Origin: an uncultured bacterium
GTDB lineage: Bacteria; SAR324; NAC60-12
Direction of reading: 5' to 3'
Assembly: GCA_964010765.1 (NCBI GenBank)
Contig: CAXGMD010000004.1
Location: forward strand, 17,338-81,337
DNA: 64,000 nucleotides
Numbering within the stretch: position 1 is the stretch's first letter; each line of letters opens with the position of its first letter. The position numbers and the translations under genes are program-made. The notes under the pieces are model-generated. The model saw only the letters and a program-made list of their open reading frames with translations, was not told where the DNA came from and searched no databases. Of this stretch, positions 39,648-49,204 are shown piece by piece.

Positions 39648-39702
39648 GGAGGGGGACTCACGGTACCCTCTTGACTATGTCAGGAGAATCACGGGGTCTA
39701 CC

Positions 39703-40190
39703 CTACTTCCAAAGAGCGGTTTGCCAGCACCCAAGATGATTGGAATACTTGTTAGAGTAAGTTGTTTCACCAAACCGTACTCTAGAAACGATCTTGCTGC
39801 TTCTCCTCCATCCAAGTAGATACGCTGCCATCCTAATCTCTTTCAATAATCCAAAAGCTCGTGCGGAGTCAGTTTTGGTGCGAGCTCCGCCAAACCAGAT
39901 ACGGTAACTGGAAGAGATGTCAAAGTCCGACTCAATACCTGAACAGGTTTCCCTGAATAAGACCATTTCTGAAAGCTGAGAACTTTCTCAAAGCTTTTTC
40001 GGCCCATGACCAAATCCATACGCTTGAAAAATTCTCCAAAGCCATAATCCTCATGAGGGTCATCTGAATTAAATTTCTCCAGCCAATCGATCTCTCCATT
40101 ATTGCGAGCAATGAAACCATCTAGGCTGATTGCCAAGAAGATGTAGATCTCCACTTCTGATCTTTTTTGTGTGTCCATTGAGGCAGCCAT
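39703..40190 (-). pseudogene. dihydrofolate reductase-family (RibD C-terminal domain) gene, apparently disrupted by a frameshift
   Basis: N-terminal 115-aa ORF (…LAISLDGFIARNNGEIDW…SRTL…) stops early. The conserved C-terminal part (…IWFGGA…FGLLKEIRMAAYLLGW…) continues in another frame (ORF 39703..39966). Confidence 0.45.
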
Positions 40191-43100
40191 GTTGTCGGAA
40201 CTAGAAACCCAGTTACAAGATGTGATGTTGCGAGATCAGTTTCGATTTCGGCGACAGTTTGAACAATTGAAGAGAGCAGAACGTCAGCAAAGACTCAATG
40301 AAGATGCGCTTCTGAAACTTGCGATCCGGATTGAACGATCAAGTGCACTCCGTGGTAAACGAGCGAGTCTTCATAGAATTCCTGAATATAACACAAGTCT
40401 CCCCATTCTTGATAACCGAGAGGAGATCATTAGTGCAATTCAAAAGTATCCTGTTTTAATTGTAGCTGGTGAGACAGGATCAGGTAAAACCACCCAATTG
40501 CCTAAGATGTGCCTGGAAGCAGGCTATGGCATAGCTGGCAAGATTGGCTGTACTCAACCTCGTAGAGTTGCTGCAATCTCCATTGCCCAGCAAATTGCTC
40601 GAGAGCTGCAATGTAACCTTGGTGAAGAAGTTGGTTACAAAATCCGCTTCTCTGATAAAACTAGCCCAAACACGCTTATTCAGCTTTTAACAGATGGGAC
40701 ATTATTAGCCGAAACACAGTCTGATCGGTTTTTGGAAAACTATGAGGTATTGATCATCGACGAAGCGCACGAGCGCTCTCTCAATATTGATTTCCTACTT
40801 GGTTACATTCGGAGGTTACAGCCGAAACGCAGCAATCTAAAGCTCATTATAACATCAGCTAGTATTGATACTGGCAGATTCGCAGAGGCGTTCTCAGGCG
40901 CGCCAATTATCGAAGTTTCAGGCAGAAGTTATCCCGTTGAAATAGATTATCGCCCGATTGATCCCGAAGTTGAGAATCAAGGAGATTACACAGTTGAAGA
41001 TGCCATGGTGGATACGATCAGGGAATTGTTAGAAACAACATATGATGGGGATATTTTAGCTTTTCTCGCAGGAGAAGGGGAGATTCGTGAGGTGTGTCAA
41101 AGAGTTGGACAGGATAATTCCACAGTTCTGATTCTTCCACTTTATGGTCGCTTGACCCAAGCAGAACAACATCGGATTTTTCAGAACACCAGCCAACGCA
41201 AGGTGATTGTCTCAACAAATCTTGCTGAAACATCCCTGACGATTCCTGGAATTCGGTATGTGATTGATTCTGGGTTGGCACATATTAGCCGATACAGTCC
41301 GAAAAATCGGGTTCAGCGACTTCCAGTAGAGCCAATTGCACAGAGTTCTGCGCTTCAGCGAGCCGGTCGAGCCGGTCGAGTTGCACCAGGTGTATGTATT
41401 CGGCTCTATTCAGAAGAGTCTTTGCAGAACCGTCGAGAATACGTAGAGCCAGAAATTTTACGTTCCAATCTTGCTGGTGTGATTTTGCAAATGCTCTATT
41501 TGCGACTAGGGAATATCCGGGAATTCCCTTTCATTGATCCACCGGGCAGTCACGCAATTCGGGAGGGTGAAAAACTACTTCGTGAATTAGGTGCCGTCAC
41601 TGATAACATGCAGCTTACACCACTGGGTAGAGAAATGGCTACTCTTCCTATTGAACCTCAAACAGCCCGAATGTTACTTCAGGCCCATCAAGAGTCCGTC
41701 CTTAGTGAAATGCTTGTAATTGCAGCTGGTTTGTCAATTCAGGATCCAAGAGAGTTTCCAACTGAAGAAAAAGAGAAAGCTCGCCAGATGCACAGTAGTT
41801 TTGTTAGCAGAGAGTCAGACTACATTACTCTGTTAAGCATCTGGCGGGCTTATCAGGCGCAGTGGAATGAACTGAAGACCGAAAACAAGATGCGGAAGTT
41901 TTGCCGACAGAACTTTCTCTCATTTGTGCGAATGCGAGAGTGGAGAGACATCCATCACCAACTCAGTTCTATTTTGAAGGATTCTGGAAAGTATCCTCTA
42001 AAGTCTTTGCAAGCCTTGCCAGTTGTCGAAGCACAACTCGAAGAGTCGGACGATAGGGAAGTTCCGAAGTTTAGATTAAATCGTCCTACCAAAGAGGAAA
42101 CGAAGCCCAAGTCAATTTTTGAGGTCGGAATCGACTATGATGCCATCCATCGAGCACTTCTCTCCGGTTATCTCAATTGCATAGCTAGGCAGAAAGACAA
42201 ACAGCAATATTCTTCTATTGGAGGCAAGGAACTCTGGGTTTTTCCAGGTTCTGGGGTCTATAAACGCTCTGGAAAGTGGATATTAGCTGGAGAGCAAGTT
42301 GAGACTTCACGTCTATACTCAAGAAAGATCGCCAATATCAAGGTTGATTGGTTAGAGCAAATTGGCGGTAAGCTTTGTAAGCGGCATTACTCAGAAGCAC
42401 ATTTTGATCCTGAAACAGGGATTGTTCAGGCCTGGGAAAGAGTAACTTTGTATGGCCTGACAATCGTTGAAAAACGTAGAGTAAGTTACGGTCGAGTCAA
42501 TCCAGCCGAAGCTACTGCAATCTTCGTAAGGGAAGCATTAATTGATGGCGGGTTGCGTCAATACTATCCTTTTTTCAAGCACAACAATGAACTGCGTGAA
42601 CTAGTTTTGAGTAAAGGGGCAAAGCTTCGTCGAGATTTTCGAGAAGAGGTAGATGCCATGCTAGAAGCTTTCTACCAGGAGCAAATCCATAATGTTGCGT
42701 CCTTCCATGATTTGAATCGCCTTCTGAAAACAAAAAGAAAATCAGGTCAGGGAGATTTTCTCTTTCTTGAGGAGAGTGAAATTACACCTTCAACACTGAA
42801 ACCTCCTTCTAGTGAGCTATATCCAGACTTTTGGGAAGTCGGTGATCTCAAGATGCCCTTGCGATATGTTTTTGCACCGACAAAGGAACCTGATGGTGTA
42901 ACTTTGCAGTTACAAGATGCTTCTATTCCGCACCTACATGAATACGCCCTAGAGTGGTTGATTCCCGGAATTTGGGCTGAGAAAATCCAATTTTACTTAA
43001 GGGCTTTGCCCAAGTCTATCAGGAAAAGCTTTGTGCCACTTCCTGAAACCTCAGCAAAGTTAGCGTCCGAACTGAAACCATGTGATGAAAGTTTTTTGGT

Positions 43101-44226
43101 AAGTTTATGTCGACTGATTGAAAGGCGTTATCAGATTAAATTGAAACCTTCTCAATGGGCGGATATTGAGTTGCCTTTCCATCTCCAAATGAGAGTGGAA
43201 GTCAGAAATACTAATCAGAAGATCGTCACAGCTGGTCGGAATCTCGAAGAGCTAATTTCAAAGCGCAAAAATGAGCTCCGCGAACGAGGGAATAACAAAG
43301 AATTCAGGGAAGATTTAAGAGCTTGGAAGGACGCATTGAAATTCTGGGAACAGGATAATCTTCAGAATTGGACGTTTGAGCGTTTACCTCAACGTATCGA
43401 ACTTGAGGTGAATCACGGTATTCCACTATACGCATATCCGGGTCTGCTGATTCAAGAAGATGGTAGTATTTTAAGAACCTTATTTCACACTAGAGATGAA
43501 GCTCAGCGTAAAACACATCCTGCGATGAAAAAGTTGATGGCCTTGGCTGTAGGACCAGAGTTAGTCTGGCTGGAGCAGGAGCTTTGGAAATTGGAAGAAC
43601 TAAGAGATGAATACAGGCGTTTTGGAACCTTAGGACAACTAAAGCAGGGATCCAAAAAAGCTCTGCTGGATTACTTGTTTGAGTTTGAGTGGTTAGAATC
43701 TGAAGAAGAATTTCTGGCGAAGCTCAAATTAGCGAAGCATCGGCTGCCAAAATTATTGTCACGTTACATTGAACAGTTGCGACTGCTTTTGCAGGCAGAA
43801 CAGAAGACTCGTGCCACTATTCGTCAGTACAGTAAAAATATGAATGACCTTAATTGTTTGCAGGAGCATTTACAAAATCTAGTACCCACCAATTTTGTTG
43901 CAAAATTACCTTACTTGCGTTGGGCTCATGTTCAAAGATACCTGAAAGGAATCAGAGTTCGCGCAGAACGTCTTGATCACAATCCTGTTAAAGATGAAGA
44001 GAAAAGCCTGCAGTTACAGCCTTGGCTTGAGGTCTATCAAGAGTTGAAGTTGGTGGATTTGAATTGGAATCAACGCAAGAATCTAGATGAGTTCTTCTGG
44101 CTACTAGAGGAGTATCGAGTCTCTCTATTCGCACCAGAGCTAAAGACCTCAATGCCTATTTCAGTCAAGAGACTGACACGCTTCCTTGAAGAACATTTCC
44201 CCGAAGCCTCACTTGTTGTTGCCTGA
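40171..44226 (+). CDS. hrpA: ATP-dependent RNA helicase HrpA (DEAH-box)
   Basis: 1351 aa with GETGSGKTTQ Walker A, DEAH box, helicase C, HA2, OB-fold and the long HrpA-specific C-terminal region. Confidence 0.9.
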   Translation: MSIEAAMLSELETQLQDVMLRDQFRFRRQFEQLKRAERQQRLNEDALLKLAIRIERSSALRGKRASLHRIPEYNTSLPILDNREEIISAIQKYPVLIVAGETGSGKTTQLPKMCLEAGYGIAGKIGCTQPRRVAAISIAQQIARELQCNLGEEVGYKIRFSDKTSPNTLIQLLTDGTLLAETQSDRFLENYEVLIIDEAHERSLNIDFLLGYIRRLQPKRSNLKLIITSASIDTGRFAEAFSGAPIIEVSGRSYPVEIDYRPIDPEVENQGDYTVEDAMVDTIRELLETTYDGDILAFLAGEGEIREVCQRVGQDNSTVLILPLYGRLTQAEQHRIFQNTSQRKVIVSTNLAETSLTIPGIRYVIDSGLAHISRYSPKNRVQRLPVEPIAQSSALQRAGRAGRVAPGVCIRLYSEESLQNRREYVEPEILRSNLAGVILQMLYLRLGNIREFPFIDPPGSHAIREGEKLLRELGAVTDNMQLTPLGREMATLPIEPQTARMLLQAHQESVLSEMLVIAAGLSIQDPREFPTEEKEKARQMHSSFVSRESDYITLLSIWRAYQAQWNELKTENKMRKFCRQNFLSFVRMREWRDIHHQLSSILKDSGKYPLKSLQALPVVEAQLEESDDREVPKFRLNRPTKEETKPKSIFEVGIDYDAIHRALLSGYLNCIARQKDKQQYSSIGGKELWVFPGSGVYKRSGKWILAGEQVETSRLYSRKIANIKVDWLEQIGGKLCKRHYSEAHFDPETGIVQAWERVTLYGLTIVEKRRVSYGRVNPAEATAIFVREALIDGGLRQYYPFFKHNNELRELVLSKGAKLRRDFREEVDAMLEAFYQEQIHNVASFHDLNRLLKTKRKSGQGDFLFLEESEITPSTLKPPSSELYPDFWEVGDLKMPLRYVFAPTKEPDGVTLQLQDASIPHLHEYALEWLIPGIWAEKIQFYLRALPKSIRKSFVPLPETSAKLASELKPCDESFLVSLCRLIERRYQIKLKPSQWADIELPFHLQMRVEVRNTNQKIVTAGRNLEELISKRKNELRERGNNKEFREDLRAWKDALKFWEQDNLQNWTFERLPQRIELEVNHGIPLYAYPGLLIQEDGSILRTLFHTRDEAQRKTHPAMKKLMALAVGPELVWLEQELWKLEELRDEYRRFGTLGQLKQGSKKALLDYLFEFEWLESEEEFLAKLKLAKHRLPKLLSRYIEQLRLLLQAEQKTRATIRQYSKNMNDLNCLQEHLQNLVPTNFVAKLPYLRWAHVQRYLKGIRVRAERLDHNPVKDEEKSLQLQPWLEVYQELKLVDLNWNQRKNLDEFFWLLEEYRVSLFAPELKTSMPISVKRLTRFLEEHFPEASLVVA

Positions 44227-47200
44227 TCCGACAACAATGTTCACCAACTTGCGGTTGGGTTGCATGACAACCACCACCCGCTTCGGTGAATTGCCATTGA
44301 GATGAGATAATACCTTTTCGTTGCTCATCGCCATCTCTTTAAGAGTCTCCTCACTAATATCTACTGCTACTACCATAGCGTCCCTCTTTTTTCCATTAAC
44401 CATCAAGGGTACTTCAATCGAGTCTTCTAAGCACTTTTCGGGTTCGAAATCGGGCCAATTGTATCGGAGAACCGACTTTTGGGCTGAATGCTCTTCTGGT
44501 TCGAGAATAGACATCATTTCTTCCCCAAGATGGGGAGCGAACGGTGATGTCAACAGGACCAGATTTCTCAAATAACTTTTGGGTAGTTTTTCTTGGCGGG
44601 CAAATTCGTTTTTACATTCAATCAGCGCTGCGATCGCAGTGTTCATTCGTAAACGACCAACATCCTCGGTTACCTTGCGGATAGTCTTGTGCATCATTCG
44701 CTCAAGTTTTGTGGATATACTGACTTCTGCATCTGGGAGGGTGATCTCCATCAGATTCCACACTCCAGCCAAGAAACGTTGAATTCCAATAATCGATTCC
44801 TGCTTCCAAGGCTTGCCAGCATCAAGGGGCCCTAGGTACATCTCGTAACATCGGAAGGTGTCAGTAGTGTAGAGATCACAAATTTCCTCAGGAGGAATAC
44901 CGTTTTTATAGCGTTTCCCCATTTTTCCAGGATCAATTTCAAGCTCATTTCCAGTCGGTTTGTGGAATGCCTTCGCCACTCCATTGATGTGTTTTACCTC
45001 AACATCATGAATATCAACATAGGCCCCTCTGGAATCCTTGTAAGCATCGGCCGTGATCATTCCCTGATTGAATAATTGTTGGAAGGGTTCTTTAGTTGAA
45101 ACATGTCCCAGGTCATAAAGTACCTTGTGCCAGAAACGTGAGTATAGAAGATGAAGTACAGCGTGTTCGGTTCCTCCCACATACAGATCAATTGCGCCGG
45201 CTGGTTTATGTTCTGGAGAACTTCCATCCAATGTCCAATAGCGTTCGATATCTGAGTTTACCATCGCATGATCGTTTCGAGCGTCCATGTAACGTAAGTA
45301 ATACCAACAGGATCCAGCCCAGTTGGGCATAGAATTCATGTCTCGCTGAAAAACCTGAACGGGTAGACGTTGACCTTCAACTTCAAGAAAACCTTGTGAT
45401 GCCTGTTCTTTACAGACCAAACGGACACATTGATTCGGTAGGATTACACCATGTACGTTTACCCAATCTTTCACGCGACCCAAGGGTGGCTCAGGTAGCG
45501 AATCAGGATCTTCACTGCCCTTAGGTTCAAAATTATCTAGTTCAGGTAGTTGAACGGGTAATTCACTATCATCAAGCGGATATGGCAGATCATTTTCGAT
45601 ATCAAAAACGACTGGGAAGGGCTCTCCCCAGTACCGTTGTCGACTGAAGAGCCAGTCGCGTAGTTTATACTGCACTTGTGGTCGTCCTAATCCTTTCTCA
45701 GCAAGCCACTCACCAACTTTCGACTTCCCAGTTTCATTGTCCAGTCCATCAATACTCAAATTCTTATGAGCTGATTGGAAACAGGTTCCGGGCCCAGTAT
45801 AGGAAGTTTGAAATTCTGTTGGGGAGCGATGGTACAGATCTAGTAGTTGTTCTTCAGTCCAATCGCTTGCTTCTTCCTGAAGAGTCTCTGATTTGAGCCA
45901 GCTTAATGGAGGCTGAATTACAGGTACGATGGGTAACTGATATTTTTTAGCGAACAAGAAATCTCGTTCGTCGTGTCCAGGAACTCCCATCACAGCACCA
46001 GTACCATATTCCATCAAAACGTAATCACCGATCCAGATTGGAATCTGGTCCCCACTGACTGGATGAATTGCAAATCCGCCTGTGGGAGCCCCGTTCTTTT
46101 CCAGATCTTCGCCAGCAGACATGGATGTAATTCTTGCGGATTTCTTTTGAAACGCGAGTACGCTCGACTCTTGATCCGTAGCAGTTACTTGCTGAACCAG
46201 CGGATGTTCTGGTGCCAGCACTAGATATGTCACTCCAAAAAGTGTGTCTGGTCTAGTTGTGAATACGGGGATACGCGCCTGCTTTCCGTTGTTTAGTTGA
46301 ACTGGAAATTCAATGCGGGCTCCTTGACTTCTGCCGATCCAAGCCTTCTGCATCTCCGTTACGCCATTGGGCCAGTTCACATCTTCCAGGTCTTGAATTA
46401 ATCGATCCGCATAGCAGGTGATTCGAAGGTTCCATTGGCGAAGTGGTCTCCGATAAACAGGGTAATCTCCTCGTTCACTGCGTCCCTCGTTCGTTACTTC
46501 CTCGTTGGAGAGTACGGTACCTAATTGAGGGCACCAATTGACGGGTGACTCCTCGACGTAAGCGAGTCTTACCCGGTCGATAACGCTTCTGAGTTCATCA
46601 TCTTTCGCCCGTCGACCCTCAGGAAAATAGACTGCTGGTCGGGGGGTGCCTTCTCCATCAAGTAGCCACTCACCAGTAAGTAGCTTTTCTTTGAGTTCTG
46701 AAATAGGTCTTGCTCTACCTTGGGACATGTAACCATCAGGCCCCTGCCAACTTACAGTAGGATCGTAGTAGGAATGGTAGATTTGAAGGAAGATCCATTG
46801 AGTCCACCTGAAGTAATCTGGATCTGTTGTTGAGAATCGCCTTGTTGGATCATGGCTCAGCCCCAGCATCTTTAGTTGCTGCAGCATATTACGAATATTG
46901 TTGTCCGTTGTGATCCCTGGATGCTGGCCGGTCTGGATTGCATATTGTTCGGCGGGAAGCCCAAAGGAATCAAACCCCATTGAATACAGGACATTGTAAC
47001 CACGCATTCTCATAAAACGGCTTAGAATGTCAGTCGCAATGTAACCAAGTGGGTGTCCTACGTGTAATCCAATGCCACTAGGATAAGGAAACATGTCTAG
47101 GACAACAAATTTTGGCTTCTGCTTATCAAATCCCTCTTCGTTTGGGTTGGGGGTCTTGAAAATCTTTTGAGTATCCCAATGTTGACGCCATTTGGGCTCA

Positions 47201-47232
47201 AATTCCTTGGAGGCGTCCCGATAAGTTTTCAT
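44209..47232 (-). CDS. leuS: leucyl-tRNA synthetase (long, ~1007 aa from the likely Met start; the ORF extends to 47328)
   Basis: HVGH (HIGH) motif, editing domain, KMSKS-region and anticodon-binding domain. N-terminus MKTYRD...KWRQHW resembles the LeuS start. Confidence 0.9.
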   Translation of the reverse strand: MKTYRDASKEFEPKWRQHWDTQKIFKTPNPNEEGFDKQKPKFVVLDMFPYPSGIGLHVGHPLGYIATDILSRFMRMRGYNVLYSMGFDSFGLPAEQYAIQTGQHPGITTDNNIRNMLQQLKMLGLSHDPTRRFSTTDPDYFRWTQWIFLQIYHSYYDPTVSWQGPDGYMSQGRARPISELKEKLLTGEWLLDGEGTPRPAVYFPEGRRAKDDELRSVIDRVRLAYVEESPVNWCPQLGTVLSNEEVTNEGRSERGDYPVYRRPLRQWNLRITCYADRLIQDLEDVNWPNGVTEMQKAWIGRSQGARIEFPVQLNNGKQARIPVFTTRPDTLFGVTYLVLAPEHPLVQQVTATDQESSVLAFQKKSARITSMSAGEDLEKNGAPTGGFAIHPVSGDQIPIWIGDYVLMEYGTGAVMGVPGHDERDFLFAKKYQLPIVPVIQPPLSWLKSETLQEEASDWTEEQLLDLYHRSPTEFQTSYTGPGTCFQSAHKNLSIDGLDNETGKSKVGEWLAEKGLGRPQVQYKLRDWLFSRQRYWGEPFPVVFDIENDLPYPLDDSELPVQLPELDNFEPKGSEDPDSLPEPPLGRVKDWVNVHGVILPNQCVRLVCKEQASQGFLEVEGQRLPVQVFQRDMNSMPNWAGSCWYYLRYMDARNDHAMVNSDIERYWTLDGSSPEHKPAGAIDLYVGGTEHAVLHLLYSRFWHKVLYDLGHVSTKEPFQQLFNQGMITADAYKDSRGAYVDIHDVEVKHINGVAKAFHKPTGNELEIDPGKMGKRYKNGIPPEEICDLYTTDTFRCYEMYLGPLDAGKPWKQESIIGIQRFLAGVWNLMEITLPDAEVSISTKLERMMHKTIRKVTEDVGRLRMNTAIAALIECKNEFARQEKLPKSYLRNLVLLTSPFAPHLGEEMMSILEPEEHSAQKSVLRYNWPDFEPEKCLEDSIEVPLMVNGKKRDAMVVAVDISEETLKEMAMSNEKVLSHLNGNSPKRVVVVMQPNRKLVNIVVGSGNNK

Positions 47233-47335
47233 GAATGTTTTGCTCCAGAACCTTGACGGTAATTGCGGGGAGGGATGGAAAGTAATCGTTAGGGAAGGGA
47301 AGACGGGCCTACTAGACCCGTCTGTCAATCAGCGC

Positions 47336-48889
47336 TTAGACAGCAGCAGCTTCTTGCTGGAGGGGGGTCATCAAACTTATGGAAGAAGATCTTGCTTCCA
47401 GTCGGTTAAGTGCATGTACGAAGGCGAGTGCACTTGCCAGAATGATGTCTGTGTGAGCTCCACGTCCTGTAACTTGCTGTCCCTCTTTTTCAACAGTTAC
47501 ACTAACTTCCCCTTGGGCGTCAGTGCCTCCTGTGATTGCTTTCACTACGTAGGAAGTTAGAGTACAGTTTTGTTCGGTAATCTGCTTGATCGTGTTCAAT
47601 GCAGCATCTACAGGACCATCACCGAATCCAGCTTTGCGAACAATATCGTTGCCCACTCTCATTGTTATCGTTGCTGTGGGCACAGAAGTCGTTCCCGAGG
47701 TGACAGTCAAATGCTGTAGTTCGAAGCGATTGTTTTGTTTGCGAACATTGTTGGTAATCAGTGCCTCTATGTCTTCATCGAAGACCTGTCGCTTGACATC
47801 AGCAAGGTGTTTGAACTCCTTGAAGATATTATTCAACTCCACATCATTAAGTTCAAAACCAAGTGATTTCACTCGCTCACTCAATGCATGTCGGCCAGAA
47901 TGTTTTCCAAGAACAAGTTGACTCTGTCTTATACCAACTGACTGTGGAGTCATAATCTCGTAAGTTAAAGCATTCTTCAACACACCATGTTGATGAATTC
48001 CAGCTTCGTGTGCAAAGGCATTTGCCCCAACGATGGCCTTGTTGGGTTGAACTGCTACACCCGTGATCTGAGTCAGTAGGCGACTTGTAGGGTAAAGTTG
48101 CTCAGTGACAATATTTGTTTGGAAGTCGAAGTACTGCTGACGGGTGTTCATAGCCATCACAATTTCTTCCATTGCAGCATTGCCAGCTCTCTCACCGATA
48201 CCGTTTATCGTACATTCGATCTGTCGAGCTCCAGCTCTCACGGCAGCCAGAGAGTTAGCTACACCCATTCCCAAATCATTGTGGCAATGAACTGAGAAGA
48301 CCACCTGATCTGCTTGATATACCTCATTCTTCAGAAGTTTGATTAAGTCATACATTTCATCAGGTGTGGTATAACCTACAGTGTCAGGCACATTGAGAAT
48401 AGTTGCACCAGCTCGAACTACAGCAGAGAAAAGCTTGACCAAGAACTCTGGTTCACTTCTGGTTGCATCTTCTGCACTGAATTCGACGTAATCCGTGTGC
48501 TTGCGTGCAAACTCGACAGCTTCAATCGAGCGCTTAAGCACTTCATCCTCATCCATCTGCAGCTTATATTTCATGTGCAGTTGGCTGGAAGCGATGAAAG
48601 TGTGAATTCCCCAGTTTTCAGATTCTTTTAGAGCATCAACCGCTCGCTCAATATCTGAAATACTGGCTCTGCAAAGTGAAACTACTTTTGCTCGACTAAT
48701 TTGTTGTCCAATTTGCTTAACACTTTCAAAATCCCCAGGGGACGATGCTGCGAAACCAGCCTCAATCACATCTACTCCTAGCCGATCCAGTTGCCGAGCC
48801 AGTAGTAGCTTTTCTTTCGCGGACATGGAACAACCAGGGGACTGCTCGCCATCGCGAAGCGTAGTATCAAAAATGCGGATCGTTTCCAT
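47336..48889 (-). CDS. leuA: 2-isopropylmalate synthase
   Basis: [16 protein letters not shown]-terminal motif, HMGL-like TIM barrel and the LeuA dimerisation/regulatory C-terminal domain; 517 aa. Confidence 0.9.
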   Translation of the reverse strand: METIRIFDTTLRDGEQSPGCSMSAKEKLLLARQLDRLGVDVIEAGFAASSPGDFESVKQIGQQISRAKVVSLCRASISDIERAVDALKESENWGIHTFIASSQLHMKYKLQMDEDEVLKRSIEAVEFARKHTDYVEFSAEDATRSEPEFLVKLFSAVVRAGATILNVPDTVGYTTPDEMYDLIKLLKNEVYQADQVVFSVHCHNDLGMGVANSLAAVRAGARQIECTINGIGERAGNAAMEEIVMAMNTRQQYFDFQTNIVTEQLYPTSRLLTQITGVAVQPNKAIVGANAFAHEAGIHQHGVLKNALTYEIMTPQSVGIRQSQLVLGKHSGRHALSERVKSLGFELNDVELNNIFKEFKHLADVKRQVFDEDIEALITNNVRKQNNRFELQHLTVTSGTTSVPTATITMRVGNDIVRKAGFGDGPVDAALNTIKQITEQNCTLTSYVVKAITGGTDAQGEVSVTVEKEGQQVTGRGAHTDIILASALAFVHALNRLEARSSSISLMTPLQQEAAAV

Positions 48890-49204
48890 AAAGCTCTCCT
48901 CGACAGGAATCGATGAAACTCTGCACCATTACAGGTTCCAATGAGTAGTTGTGTTGCGCTGCAATTCCTTGAGAAATTGAGATTGCAACTTAAACAATGA
49001 ATTTAGCACTTGCGAATGAAGATTCAAGCATCATCAAGTCTTAAATGCAATTACAGGCCAGCCTTAAGCTTATGTCCTTGCTTGCGTCGTGCCTTGTCTA
49101 CCAGTATCTTAACAAATTCATTGCAAGCAAAAAGTTAAGATTTTCCAAATAAATAAGATCTTTTGTTTTCCATATTTGCTCAACTTACGTGTGGCTAACT
49201 CCGG

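Larger units (their letters stand above)
36981..39680 (+). mobile_element. group II intron (bacterial, ORF in domain IV), ~2.7 kb; 3' boundary approximate
   Basis: 5' GUGCG at 36981, highly structured non-coding 5' region, intron-encoded RT ORF, and canonical domain V at 39614-39647 followed by a domain VI-like hairpin. Confidence 0.8.

Noticed and set aside
39619-39819. 66-aa ORF on the + strand immediately after the intron ORF
   Set aside because: It lies within the intron domain V/VI RNA structure and downstream exon, so it is non-coding RNA sequence rather than a protein gene.
48890-49204. 315-bp leuA/ileS divergent intergenic region as a possible riboswitch or leader-peptide attenuator
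   Set aside because: I could find no obvious Leu-rich leader peptide ORF, T-box specifier/antiterminator motif or strong terminator hairpin by eye. It is most simply a pair of divergent promoters.
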